In this document: one piece after another, positions 20,524 to 28,934 of the stretch
How positions within the stretch are numbered: position 1 is the stretch's first letter
How the letters are laid out: the number at the start of each line of letters is the position of its first letter
DNA from: a virus
IMG/VR virus record: IMGVR_UViG_3300045988_175036
Span: 52,290 to 116,289 of that record
Strand: one strand, 5' to 3'
Length of the DNA: 64,000 nucleotides
Notes under the pieces: generated by a model
Database searches by the model: none
What the model saw: only the letters and a program-made list of their open reading frames with translations
What the model was told of the DNA's origin: nothing
Position numbers and translations under genes: made by a program

Positions 20524-22395
20524 TTATTCACAAATATTTGAAAAATCAACATTCTTCATAATAAATTGCTTTCTTTCTTCTACGTTTGGTCCCATCAGCA
20601 TATTCATCATCTCTGAATATCTTTCAAAGTCTTCAATTTGAACGCGTTCCCACCTGCGCTGGGCGCCAAAAACACTTTCTTTTGTTTCTTGAGGCGTATT
20701 CTCACCAATACCTTTTTTACGACTAATTTCTTTTGGCTTTCCATTTTTCTTTAGAAGCATATCTCTTTCTTCTTCACTAAACGCATAGAGGGTCTTATCT
20801 TTATATCGTAAAACAAAAAGGGGCATTTTCATTCTAAACAAACGCCCTTCTTTTATAAACTGAGGACACATATAGAAGAAAAGCGTTGTAATTAGATTTG
20901 AAATGGATGCACCATCAACGTCAGCGTCAGAAGCGCAAGCGACATATTGGTAACGAAGCTTTTTTGAGTTATAATTATTGAAGAAACCACAGCCTAGCGC
21001 AGAAAAAATTGCCTTGACTTCCTCATTCTGTAGAATTTTTTCTTGGTCATGCTTCAGAGCAGAAATGATTTTGCCTCGGATGGGAAGAAGGGCTACTCGA
21101 TCGATAGGTCGGCCTTGGGCGAGTGCGCCAAGAGCACTATCACCCTCTGTTATAGCTAAAATTGAGCCGTTCTCTGGCCCATGAATTTGGCAGTCCTTCA
21201 ATTTATCGGCAAGAATTGCACGTTTTTTCTTTTCGTTGTTGATTTCTTTTTCTGTCTCTAAGACTTGGCGGCGCGCACGTTCCGCAGCAGCATCGGCTTT
21301 TACTTCTTTCAAAAGTAAGTCCAAAATTTTCTGAAATTCATCAGAATGTTTTCGCTCAAAATCTTCAAGCATTTGGGTGGTCGCGCGCTGGCAGAGACCT
21401 CTAAGTTCAGGCGTATTTACCTTCGTCTTGGTTTGATTAGCAAAAGACGGATTTGGTACTTTACAGCTGACAGCATAAAGTAAACCTTTGCGTAAAGTAT
21501 CAGGAGAGCCTTCTCCTTTGATTTTCTTCTTGAAGAAGTTCGTCAAAGCTGTTTTTACGCCAGTTAGAGATGTTCCACCATTCGAATTTTCAAGTCCATT
21601 CGTAAAAGTAAAAGAAGTCTCAGCACGACTATCTGTCCATTCCATTACAATTTCAGTTTCAATTTGGTCTTCCTTTAGAATAATATGAAGTGGAGTCTTG
21701 TGAATTGTCTTCGCACCACTATTTTTGAGAAAATCAAGTAAACCATTTTTAGATTGGTACTCTATTTTTTCACCCGTCAAATCATTATTGAGAATGAAAA
21801 CAATTTGAGGATAAAGATATGACCAATCACGGCACATTTTTTTAATATCTTCAAATTTTATTGAAATTGGTTCAAGATGATATACTTCTTGAGATGGGAT
21901 GAAGGAAACAATTGTCCCATGATATTTTGAGTCAGTGGGAGAAATCATAAAACTTTCTTTGATACCTTTTTCTAGGCAGAGATAAGCCACTTGCCCATCA
22001 CGAGTACTCCACACTTCAAAGATATCACTAGTGAGAGCAGTGCCTTTTGCTCCAATACCGTTCAATCCGGCCACGTTCTGATAAACTTTATCAGAAAATT
22101 TACCGCCAGAATGGGGCATTGTATAAATAGCTTCAAGGGCTTCTGTGCCATCCTCACGCTTACCAAATGGCGCGCCACGTCCATTATCGCGGATTGTAAC
22201 TCGATTATTTTTAGAAAGAGTGACTTCAATTTCATTGCCATAGCCCATAGTCGCTTCGTCTATGGAATTCGTAATAATTTCACGGATACATTGAAGAACA
22301 CCTTGATTATCTTCACTACCCATATACATTGCCGCGCGCGAGCGTATTGCATCACGGAATGAGAGCGTTTCTATCGAATTAGCATCATAACTCAT
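20524..22395 (-). CDS. type II DNA topoisomerase, B subunit (GyrB/ParE-like ATPase plus Toprim)
   Basis: GHKL ATPase motifs (EIITNSIDEA, DNGRGAP, GLNGIGAKG). Toprim motifs (ITEGDSA, DADVDG). Confidence 0.85.
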   Translation of the reverse strand: MSYDANSIETLSFRDAIRSRAAMYMGSEDNQGVLQCIREIITNSIDEATMGYGNEIEVTLSKNNRVTIRDNGRGAPFGKREDGTEALEAIYTMPHSGGKFSDKVYQNVAGLNGIGAKGTALTSDIFEVWSTRDGQVAYLCLEKGIKESFMISPTDSKYHGTIVSFIPSQEVYHLEPISIKFEDIKKMCRDWSYLYPQIVFILNNDLTGEKIEYQSKNGLLDFLKNSGAKTIHKTPLHIILKEDQIETEIVMEWTDSRAETSFTFTNGLENSNGGTSLTGVKTALTNFFKKKIKGEGSPDTLRKGLLYAVSCKVPNPSFANQTKTKVNTPELRGLCQRATTQMLEDFERKHSDEFQKILDLLLKEVKADAAAERARRQVLETEKEINNEKKKRAILADKLKDCQIHGPENGSILAITEGDSALGALAQGRPIDRVALLPIRGKIISALKHDQEKILQNEEVKAIFSALGCGFFNNYNSKKLRYQYVACASDADVDGASISNLITTLFFYMCPQFIKEGRLFRMKMPLFVLRYKDKTLYAFSEEERDMLLKKNGKPKEISRKKGIGENTPQETKESVFGAQRRWERVQIEDFERYSEMMNMLMGPNVEERKQFIMKNVDFSNICE

Positions 22396-22589
22396 TTATC
22401 TTCCTCCAAAATTTGATATCCTTCAAATCTATCGTGATACATTGGATAATAGAATTTATCATCAAAGAAGTAACCAACAATTTTAAGTGGTGGGATAGTA
22501 TTTGGAAAGACGACTAAATCCAAGGGATATTTTTCTTTTGCTTCCTCTAGCGTAGCAAACTTTCTCATTTTATTCTCCTTTCTATCCAT
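22392..22589 (-). CDS. hypothetical protein (65 aa; likely starts at ATG 22568)
   Basis: ORF track; AAGGAG RBS precedes the second ATG. Confidence 0.45.
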   Translation of the reverse strand: MDRKENKMRKFATLEEAKEKYPLDLVVFPNTIPPLKIVGYFFDDKFYYPMYHDRFEGYQILEEDK

Positions 22590-22597
22590 TTTCTTTT

Positions 22598-22626
22598 AGT
22601 ATAACATAAAAAGAGGAAGAAATCAA
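22598..22626 (-). promoter_or_regulatory. leftward promoter of the replication operon
   Basis: Minus strand TTGATT (22626-22621), 17 nt, TATACT (22603-22598). Confidence 0.55.
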
Positions 22627-22650
22627 ATTTCTTCTATATTCATTATAAAT

Positions 22651-22670
22651 GCGCGCGTCGCGCCTGCGCG
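22651..22670. promoter_or_regulatory. GC-only 20-mer in the divergent control region
   Basis: GCGCGCGTCGCGCCTGCGCG embedded in AT-rich intergenic DNA between the two divergent promoters, next to a -10-like TATAAT on the minus strand. Confidence 0.35.
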
Positions 22671-22712
22671 TAATCTAAATTCATTCAAAAATCAAATTTC
22701 TATTTGAAAAAA

Positions 22713-22741
22713 TTTGAAAAAAGCCTGAAAAAGGACTATAA
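22713..22741 (+). promoter_or_regulatory. sigma-A type promoter, conserved cassette
   Basis: TTGAAA (22713-22718), 17 nt, TATAAT (22736-22741). Confidence 0.65.
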
Positions 22742-22771
22742 TATAGATAGAAACTAGAAAGAAGGTGAAAA

Positions 22772-22931
22772 TGTGAAAAAAGATATGATAATTCGTTTTA
22801 TGCTTGATGCAGAGTTAGACGCACGAATTCGCGAATATTGTGAAGAAAACGACATGAAGATTAGTTATTTTTTGAGAGTAGCCGCGCGCGAGTATATGAA
22901 AAATCATCCGACAGAAGAGGAGTGGACATGA
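22772..22931 (+). pseudogene. ribbon-helix-helix (CopG/Arc-like) regulator with the frame broken by +1 at 22859-22865
   Basis: GTG 22772: VKKDMIIRFMLDAELDARIREYCEENDMKI, then TAG. In the +1 frame from 22863: SYFLRVAAREYMKNHPTEEEWT, then TGA, with an ATGA overlap onto the next gene. Together these form a complete RHH fold. Confidence 0.5.
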
Positions 22932-23248
22932 AAGACTATCTTTTGATTGATAAAAAAGAATATTTGAGAATGAATGAAGTTCGAGAGCGTTTTGGAGATG
23001 ACTATGCTATGGACTTTGCCTTTGGACTTCTTGATAATGCTTTTGAAAAATCAGAAAAGCAAAAAAAAGAAAAAGAAAAAGTCTTTGAATGTTATAGCAT
23101 CGGCCTTTCAAACTTTCTAACTAAAAAGGGCTTCCAAATTATTGGAACTCGTCCTAACACAAAAAATCCAAATTGGGATGTTTGGCTTTTTGAACGGACG
23201 CCAGATATTGAACGCGCGCAGTCTGAGTATTCTCACCGCAAGAACTAA
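22928..23248 (+). CDS. hypothetical protein
   Basis: ORF track (22922 GTG). ATG 22928 has GAGGAG 6 nt upstream. Confidence 0.5.
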   Translation: MKDYLLIDKKEYLRMNEVRERFGDDYAMDFAFGLLDNAFEKSEKQKKEKEKVFECYSIGLSNFLTKKGFQIIGTRPNTKNPNWDVWLFERTPDIERAQSEYSHRKN

Positions 23249-23251
23249 GGG

Positions 23252-23938
23252 GTGAAGACTGTGAGTGTTCCAAATCAAAAAATTATTAGAATAGAAAAAG
23301 ATAAATATCAAAGTAGATTTCTTCAAATCGGAGATGAACAATGGAAAAAAGCTTTTCAGTCTATGAGGCCAACTGTATTTGGTTTGTATTTATACTTGGC
23401 TTCAAATAAAGATGGATATTTATTAGAGCTTAGCGCCGCGGCCGTCGAGCGAGAAATCGGCATAAAGAAAACTGCGTATCATACTGCTCTCAAAGATTTG
23501 GAAGAAAAAGGATATTTGAAGAAAGAGCAAGGAAACACTTATGCTTTTTCACCTTCGCCAAAGTTCGCAAACACGAACTCCGCAAATACGAACTCCGCAT
23601 TTGCGAACTTAGAAGTTCACAAATGCGAACTCCCGACTCCGCAAATGCGAACTTCCTACTCCGCAAATGCGAACTTAGAAGTTCGCGGGCGCGATATAGA
23701 AATAGATAATATAAATAAAATAAATAAAATAGATATTACAGATATTGAAAAGGAAAAATTGGAAGGGTTATTTGGAAAGGACGGTGCGCTTCTCAAAGGA
23801 GAAGGCTGGATTGATACTTATATCCCTAATTTTTACGACCTCGCGCGCGAAAAGCAAATCGAAGTGCTTTCTACTACTCCAATTTTTGATTTGGCAGTTT
23901 CTCAAGCAGAATATGTAGTTGATAAAATTTTGAATTAG
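23252..23938 (+). CDS. replication-initiator-like wHTH protein with the origin inside its linker-coding region
   Basis: N-terminal wHTH (FGLYLYLASNKDGYLLELSAAAVEREIGIKKTAYHTALKDLEEKGYL). The low-complexity linker is encoded by iterons plus an AT-rich tract. Confidence 0.55.
   Translation: MKTVSVPNQKIIRIEKDKYQSRFLQIGDEQWKKAFQSMRPTVFGLYLYLASNKDGYLLELSAAAVEREIGIKKTAYHTALKDLEEKGYLKKEQGNTYAFSPSPKFANTNSANTNSAFANLEVHKCELPTPQMRTSYSANANLEVRGRDIEIDNINKINKIDITDIEKEKLEGLFGKDGALLKGEGWIDTYIPNFYDLAREKQIEVLSTTPIFDLAVSQAEYVVDKILN
23566..23684 (+). repeat. iteron array, six direct 14-bp repeats, consensus CGCAAATGCGAACT
   Basis: Copies start at 23566, 23581, 23596, 23618, 23640 and 23662 (spacing 15, 15, 22, 22, 22). 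Two GAACTT-AG-AAGTTC inverted repeats lie at 23605-23618 and 23671-23684. Confidence 0.75.
23694..23760 (+). other. AT-rich tract (candidate DNA-unwinding element)
   Basis: ATATAGAAATAGATAATATAAATAAAATAAATAAAATAGATATTACAGATATTG, immediately after the iterons. Confidence 0.5.
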
Positions 23939-24000
23939 AATTTTATCCTAAGTGGCATAACATCATGATATGCCACACTACGAACTCGAAAGGAGCTAAA

Positions 24001-24234
24001 ATGGAAGATATTGAAAAGCGCGAACAGCTAATCAAAGGTTACGAAGGTCAGATTCGTTACCTTCAAAAGCGTATTCAAAAAAATGCAAACAATAAAGCAA
24101 AAAATCGACGAACAAAGCGTGATCCCGACAAAGATACTGCGCATTGTCACTTACTTATCGAAAAATGGCAAGAGCGCATTGACAAATGTAAAAATGGAGA
24201 ACCGCTTGATTTTCTAGGCAAATCTTTGCTCTAA
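24001..24234 (+). CDS. hypothetical basic protein
   Basis: ORF track frame; start refined to ATG 24001 after AGGAG. Confidence 0.45.
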   Translation: MEDIEKREQLIKGYEGQIRYLQKRIQKNANNKAKNRRTKRDPDKDTAHCHLLIEKWQERIDKCKNGEPLDFLGKSLL

Positions 24235-24246
24235 GGAGAAAAAAAT

Positions 24247-24606
24247 ATGACAAAATATGAAATTTACGATACAATCATTTCGCGCGCGATTATCAACCTA
24301 ATTAGTCTCGCGCGTCGGCATAACAACGAAATAATCCTCAAAAATTTTCATCCTCATAATATTATTCATCTTTTTATGTTTGAAATGGCGGCCATTGCTT
24401 CTAATAATTATGAACATGAGAAAATTACACTAAAACTAGAGATGCCATGGTATAGAAAAATTTTCGCGCCGAAACGTATTCGTTGCGTGCAGTCAGTTCG
24501 CGCAGTTGAAGATGGCATCAATATTCAAGAATTTCTTGATTTTACAAAGAGCGAATTTGAAGATATCTCATATGAAGAAATTTGGAAGGAGTATTACGCC
24601 CAATGA
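24247..24606 (+). CDS. hypothetical protein (119 aa)
   Basis: ORF track only. Confidence 0.5.
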   Translation: MTKYEIYDTIISRAIINLISLARRHNNEIILKNFHPHNIIHLFMFEMAAIASNNYEHEKITLKLEMPWYRKIFAPKRIRCVQSVRAVEDGINIQEFLDFTKSEFEDISYEEIWKEYYAQ

Positions 24607-25067
24607 ATTATTCAATTTACACGGATGGCGCGTGTTCTAATAATGGGAAAGAAAATGCAGCTGGAGGTTTTGCTTTTATTATTGTTGACAGCGAAGGCAT
24701 ACTCAGATATGAATTTGCCATGCCTGTAGAAAATGCTACTAATAATATTTGTGAACTTTCTGCTGTTTTTGGAGCTTGTAGCTTCTTCGATGCTTACACC
24801 CCCAAAGAGAACACCGCTATCATTTATAGTGATAGCGCCTACATTATCAATTGTATTACTCAAAAATGGTATAAGAAATGGCAAACTAATGGTTGGCGCA
24901 ACTCAAAGAAAGAACCAGTTGCAAATCGTGAACTTTGGGAACGTCTTATTCCCTATTTTGAAAATCCACGTTTTTCTTTTGAGAAGGTAAAGGGCCATTC
25001 TGGCAAAAAAGATTGGAATGACTATGTAGATAGACTTGCTGTGGAGGCGAAGAAAACAAAACTATGA
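24603..25067 (+). CDS. rnhA: ribonuclease HI
   Basis: YTDGACSNNG ... SDSAY ... KVKGHSG ... NDYVDRLA (DEDD catalytic pattern). ATGA overlap with the upstream stop. Confidence 0.85.
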   Translation: MNYSIYTDGACSNNGKENAAGGFAFIIVDSEGILRYEFAMPVENATNNICELSAVFGACSFFDAYTPKENTAIIYSDSAYIINCITQKWYKKWQTNGWRNSKKEPVANRELWERLIPYFENPRFSFEKVKGHSGKKDWNDYVDRLAVEAKKTKL

Positions 25068-26029
25068 TTACTATAGGTATTCCTGTCTATAAGGCACGCG
25101 ACACTCTTCCCTATTGCCTTGATGCTTTAGTAGCTCAAACGCGTAAAATGTTCCTAGTTACTTTGTGTCAAGACTGTGACGGAGAAGATTATAGCGATAT
25201 TATTGAGACATATCGTGCGCGCGGGCTTCATATTCGTCTAATTTCTACTCTTGAAAATAGCGGACCAGGCGTCGCGCGTCAAACAATTATTGACAATGAA
25301 ACCCAGAGTGACTACATTATGTTCTGTGATAGTGACGACATACTTCAACCTCGTGCAGTTGAACAACTTTATCGTGAAGCAAAGCGAAATAACGCTGATG
25401 TAGTCTGTGGCTCATTTATACATGAAGAGAATTTTGGGCCAGGGCCTTCTCTCCCAGTAGATAGAATTCCTTGTACTTGGCTGCATGCCAAAATATATCG
25501 TCTTGATTATTTGAGAAAAAATAATATCCGTTTTCTCCCTGAGCTTCGACTCAATGAAGACAGTTATTTCAATTTAGTAGCTTGTAACTGTACTGATAAG
25601 ATGTATAAATTAGACGAATATTTTTATATTTGGCGCTCAAACCCAAATTCGCTTACTCGTCAAGACAAAGGAACTTTTTTCCAACGCAGTAATGGTCAAT
25701 ACATCTATGGTCAGGTAAAGGGCTTGAAAAAAATTTATGAGATTAGAGGAGACATTCCTGCACCAGTTTTATGTCAGACTCTCATCAATATTTACAATGC
25801 TATGATGGAGCAAGTCTATCGTAAAGTTGATGACTATTCTTATTTAGATGAGCTTCTTTCTCTAAAACAGAATTCATTTATTCAAGATTTTCTAAAAGAT
25901 GGAAACAACTGGCCCTATTTCGTCAATAACGTGAAAGCTGCGTGCATCTATGATAATGAAGTTGTATACTTCTACAAGTTGCGTTTCGTTGATTTTATCA
26001 CTAACTATATAATGGAGGATAAAAAATGA
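25064..26029 (+). CDS. family 2 glycosyltransferase
   Basis: ITIGIPVYKARDTLPYCLDALVAQT and the DSDD motif of GT-A/GT2 enzymes. Confidence 0.8.
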   Translation: MITIGIPVYKARDTLPYCLDALVAQTRKMFLVTLCQDCDGEDYSDIIETYRARGLHIRLISTLENSGPGVARQTIIDNETQSDYIMFCDSDDILQPRAVEQLYREAKRNNADVVCGSFIHEENFGPGPSLPVDRIPCTWLHAKIYRLDYLRKNNIRFLPELRLNEDSYFNLVACNCTDKMYKLDEYFYIWRSNPNSLTRQDKGTFFQRSNGQYIYGQVKGLKKIYEIRGDIPAPVLCQTLINIYNAMMEQVYRKVDDYSYLDELLSLKQNSFIQDFLKDGNNWPYFVNNVKAACIYDNEVVYFYKLRFVDFITNYIMEDKK

Positions 26030-26625
26030 TTTATGTTGTAAATGGTGCTCCTCGCTCTGGTAAAGATACGTTTTGCTCAATGACCGCCAAATTTATGGGA
26101 GAAGGATATGTAAGAGTTTATTCTACTGTTGATTATGTAAAAATAATTGCGGCTACTGCATTCGGATGGAATGGAGAAAAGACGCCTCGCGCGCGTAAAT
26201 TTCTCAGTGACTTGAAGGACCTTTTGACCGAATGGAACGATATTCCCTTTAAAGACATTCAGAAAAAAGTATATGAAACAACAGAGGATTGGGATTATTA
26301 CGGAATCGATAGTAAAAGATGCGCAATTTTTATTATGTGTCGTGAACCAGAGGAAATAAAAAAAATTGTTGAACGACTGGATGCGCGAACGATTCTTGTA
26401 AGGCGGAACAGTGCTGAATGCGAAGAAGTTTCAAACCATGCTGATGCAGAGATTCTTGATTATAAATACGATATTGAAATTGAGAATAATGGTTCTTTGA
26501 AAGATTTGGCTTTTGAGGCTTTGAAGTTTGTTGAGGATGAAGACTTAATGTTCAGGCATTGGGTTACTTTTCATGTAAAAGATAGTGGTGAAGTTATTGA
26601 AGTAGAAAAGGAGCTAAACTTTTGA
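26026..26625 (+). CDS. P-loop kinase, dNMP-kinase-like
   Basis: N-terminal Walker A VVNGAPRSGKDTF, as in phage deoxynucleoside monophosphate kinases. Confidence 0.5.
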   Translation: MIYVVNGAPRSGKDTFCSMTAKFMGEGYVRVYSTVDYVKIIAATAFGWNGEKTPRARKFLSDLKDLLTEWNDIPFKDIQKKVYETTEDWDYYGIDSKRCAIFIMCREPEEIKKIVERLDARTILVRRNSAECEEVSNHADAEILDYKYDIEIENNGSLKDLAFEALKFVEDEDLMFRHWVTFHVKDSGEVIEVEKELNF

Positions 26626-26900
26626 CTAATCGAGAATTTTTGAAAAATTTTTCTGAGAAGGATTTTGTGAGATGGCTCGCCGGTTTTGAACTAGTTGAGA
26701 ACGCGCCATGGTTTCAGTGGTTGGATAAGGAATATTGTCAGAAATGCCCTCCAATTATAGGACGCTTGGAGGGTCACGACTACGACCAGTCGTTTGCACC
26801 ATGCGAGTTTGAAGTGGATGAGTGTCCCTATGGAGTGGCAGATTTGACAAATGAAGAGTTGATTGAAATGTGGCTAGATGCTAAAAGGGAAGAAATTTGA
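26622..26900 (+). CDS. hypothetical protein (92 aa)
   Basis: ORF track only. Confidence 0.5.
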   Translation: MTNREFLKNFSEKDFVRWLAGFELVENAPWFQWLDKEYCQKCPPIIGRLEGHDYDQSFAPCEFEVDECPYGVADLTNEELIEMWLDAKREEI

Positions 26901-26925
26901 ATTCTTCCCTTCTTTTTGATATAAT
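26897..26925 (+). promoter_or_regulatory. sigma-A type promoter
   Basis: TTGAAT, 17 nt, TGaTATAAT, then AAAAGAAAAAGGAAG. Confidence 0.6.
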
Positions 26926-26949
26926 AAAAGAAAAAGGAAGTGATAGAAT

Positions 26950-28005
26950 TTGGAGCTAAGCAAAACTCAAGAAGAAATTTTGGCGTCATCTGCTTCTGTT
27001 GTATTTGTTCAATCTTGTGCGAGTAGCGGGAAAACGAGATTATTGACTGAGAAAATTCGCCAATCTATCTCGCGTGCGAAAAAGCTGGTAGCTTTTACTT
27101 TTACAAACATGGCGGCAGCAGAAATTCGTAGTAGATTGAATGTTGAAAATAGTGATGTAATTTGGATCGGCACTATCCATTCTTACTGCGCGAGATGCTT
27201 GTTGCGCGCGGGAATTACAGAAGCAGGAAAGTATTTGAATAATGAAAATTTTGATGGTCTTTTTGACCTTGCGCGAAGCCATCCAAGGGCTTTTCCTTCT
27301 TTAGACATTTGCCTACTGGATGAAGCGCAGGATAGTAATGAAGATCAATTCAATTTTATTTTTTCAATTATCAAAAGTGCGGAATACTTTGTAGTTTATG
27401 ATGAGCGGCAGTCTATTTATCGATGGAATGGAAGTAGACCAGATCTTTTGAAATATTGGGCTTACGAACTAAACGCTTCTATTTATTCAATGGATGAAAA
27501 TTATCGTAATGGTAGCGATATTCTTGATTTTGCGCGGGATATTATTAGAAAAAATAAAATGAGTGATTTATCTATTCCGATGCGTGGAGTGCGTGGGAGG
27601 GTCATTGAAGTTCCTTTTTCTATCAAGTATCTTGTTGATGAAATCAAGTCCACTTCTAATTATGGCGATTGGATGGTGCTCGCGCGCACGAATGCGGAAG
27701 TAGATAATATTTTTGATAAGTTGACTGATGCTGGAATTCCATGCGATACATTCAAGCAAGGTGACCTGTCAAAAGATGAGCTAAGCGAAAAAATGAAAGC
27801 AGATACTGTGAAGGTTCTTACCATTCACTCAAGCAAAGGACTTGAGACACGCTATGTAGCTGTATATGATAGCCGGATGTGGAACGAAGAAGAAGTCTGT
27901 ATTTCTTATGTTGCGGCGACTCGCGCGCGTGATCGCCTAATTTGGTTTACTAAACCAGTTGTAAAAAAGAAACCTCGAAGAAACTCAATGACGAGTTGGG
28001 AGTAA
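26950..28005 (+). CDS. UvrD/Rep-family helicase (compact, 351 aa)
   Basis: Walker A CASSGKT, Walker B LLDEAQD, and the C-terminal motifs TIHSSKGLE and YVAATRARDRL. Confidence 0.75.
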   Translation: MELSKTQEEILASSASVVFVQSCASSGKTRLLTEKIRQSISRAKKLVAFTFTNMAAAEIRSRLNVENSDVIWIGTIHSYCARCLLRAGITEAGKYLNNENFDGLFDLARSHPRAFPSLDICLLDEAQDSNEDQFNFIFSIIKSAEYFVVYDERQSIYRWNGSRPDLLKYWAYELNASIYSMDENYRNGSDILDFARDIIRKNKMSDLSIPMRGVRGRVIEVPFSIKYLVDEIKSTSNYGDWMVLARTNAEVDNIFDKLTDAGIPCDTFKQGDLSKDELSEKMKADTVKVLTIHSSKGLETRYVAVYDSRMWNEEEVCISYVAATRARDRLIWFTKPVVKKKPRRNSMTSWE

Positions 28006-28007
28006 AT

Positions 28008-28934
28008 ATGGAAAAAATATCAGCATTACTTTTTATGGTTTCTGCTGTTGTTTTTCTAATTCTTTTCATTGGACAAAAAAAGAAAATAAAGCAAAAAAAT
28101 TATGAAATTGAGCAACTAAAAGAAAAGAATAAAAAAGATGCTGAAAATTTTTGGAAAGACTTGGATGTGGCAGAACAAAAAGTTTATGAAGATAATCACA
28201 AAAAGAGAAATGAGCGACTTCAGCAATTGAATGAAATTATTGCTAAGCAAGAAACTTTTCAAGTGAATAGAAAATCTTCAATTGAAGAAGAAATCCAAGA
28301 ACTCCGTTTACAAAAGCTTCAGCAGCTTCAAAATCAGCTTATCATAGATAAAGCGCAAATTGACCAAGATAAAAGAGATTATGAATTAGAACTTGAAAAG
28401 GTGAAGTGCGAACTTTCTCAATTTCAAGCAAAGCGCCAAGCAGTGAATGAAGCGATTCGGCGCGAGCGTGAAGTTGAGGAAAAAGAGGATTTCTATCGCA
28501 TTTGTCTTTTGCCAGAAGAAATTGAAGATATAGAAGTCTTGAAAAGTTTGGCACCAAGGCTTCGGCATCGTGAAATAGTTCCAAAACTAATGTGGGATAC
28601 AATGGTTTCGCGTGCGACGAAGGAAATGATAAAGCGAGTAACAGGTGGCCGCGCAGTTGGTGGTATTTACAAAATTACCTATATTCCAACTGGTGAATCT
28701 TATATTGGGAAAACGACTGATTTTGGAACACGTTGGCAATCACACGTCCAAACCGCGCTTGGTATGGAGAAAGTTGCTCGTTCAACTCTTCATGTACATA
28801 TGGCTTCTCATGGAATTCAAAACTATACTTTTGAAATTTTGGAAGAGGTTGCGCGCGAAAAGCAAACAGAAAGAGAAAAATTTTATATTGAGCTTTATGG
28901 GACGCAAAAACAGTTGAATATGAGGATTGGTTGA
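28008..28934 (+). CDS. N-terminal transmembrane (TM) helix, long coiled coil, C-terminal GIY-YIG nuclease domain
   Basis: Hydrophobic N-terminus ISALLFMVSAVVFLILFI, about 150 aa rich in E/K/Q heptads, then GGIYKITYIPTGESYIGKTTDFGTRWQSH. Confidence 0.65.
   Translation: MEKISALLFMVSAVVFLILFIGQKKKIKQKNYEIEQLKEKNKKDAENFWKDLDVAEQKVYEDNHKKRNERLQQLNEIIAKQETFQVNRKSSIEEEIQELRLQKLQQLQNQLIIDKAQIDQDKRDYELELEKVKCELSQFQAKRQAVNEAIRREREVEEKEDFYRICLLPEEIEDIEVLKSLAPRLRHREIVPKLMWDTMVSRATKEMIKRVTGGRAVGGIYKITYIPTGESYIGKTTDFGTRWQSHVQTALGMEKVARSTLHVHMASHGIQNYTFEILEEVAREKQTEREKFYIELYGTQKQLNMRIG

Noticed and set aside
22772-23248. TAG read-through or stop-codon reassignment that would fuse the RHH N-terminus to ORF 22922-23248, which is in the same frame.
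   Set aside because: The read-through segment (LFFESSRARVYEKSSDRRGVD) is not RHH-like, whereas the +1 frame gives a textbook RHH helix 2. All large genes in the window are intact under the standard code, and no suppressor tRNA (CUA, UUA or UCA anticodon) was found in the island.
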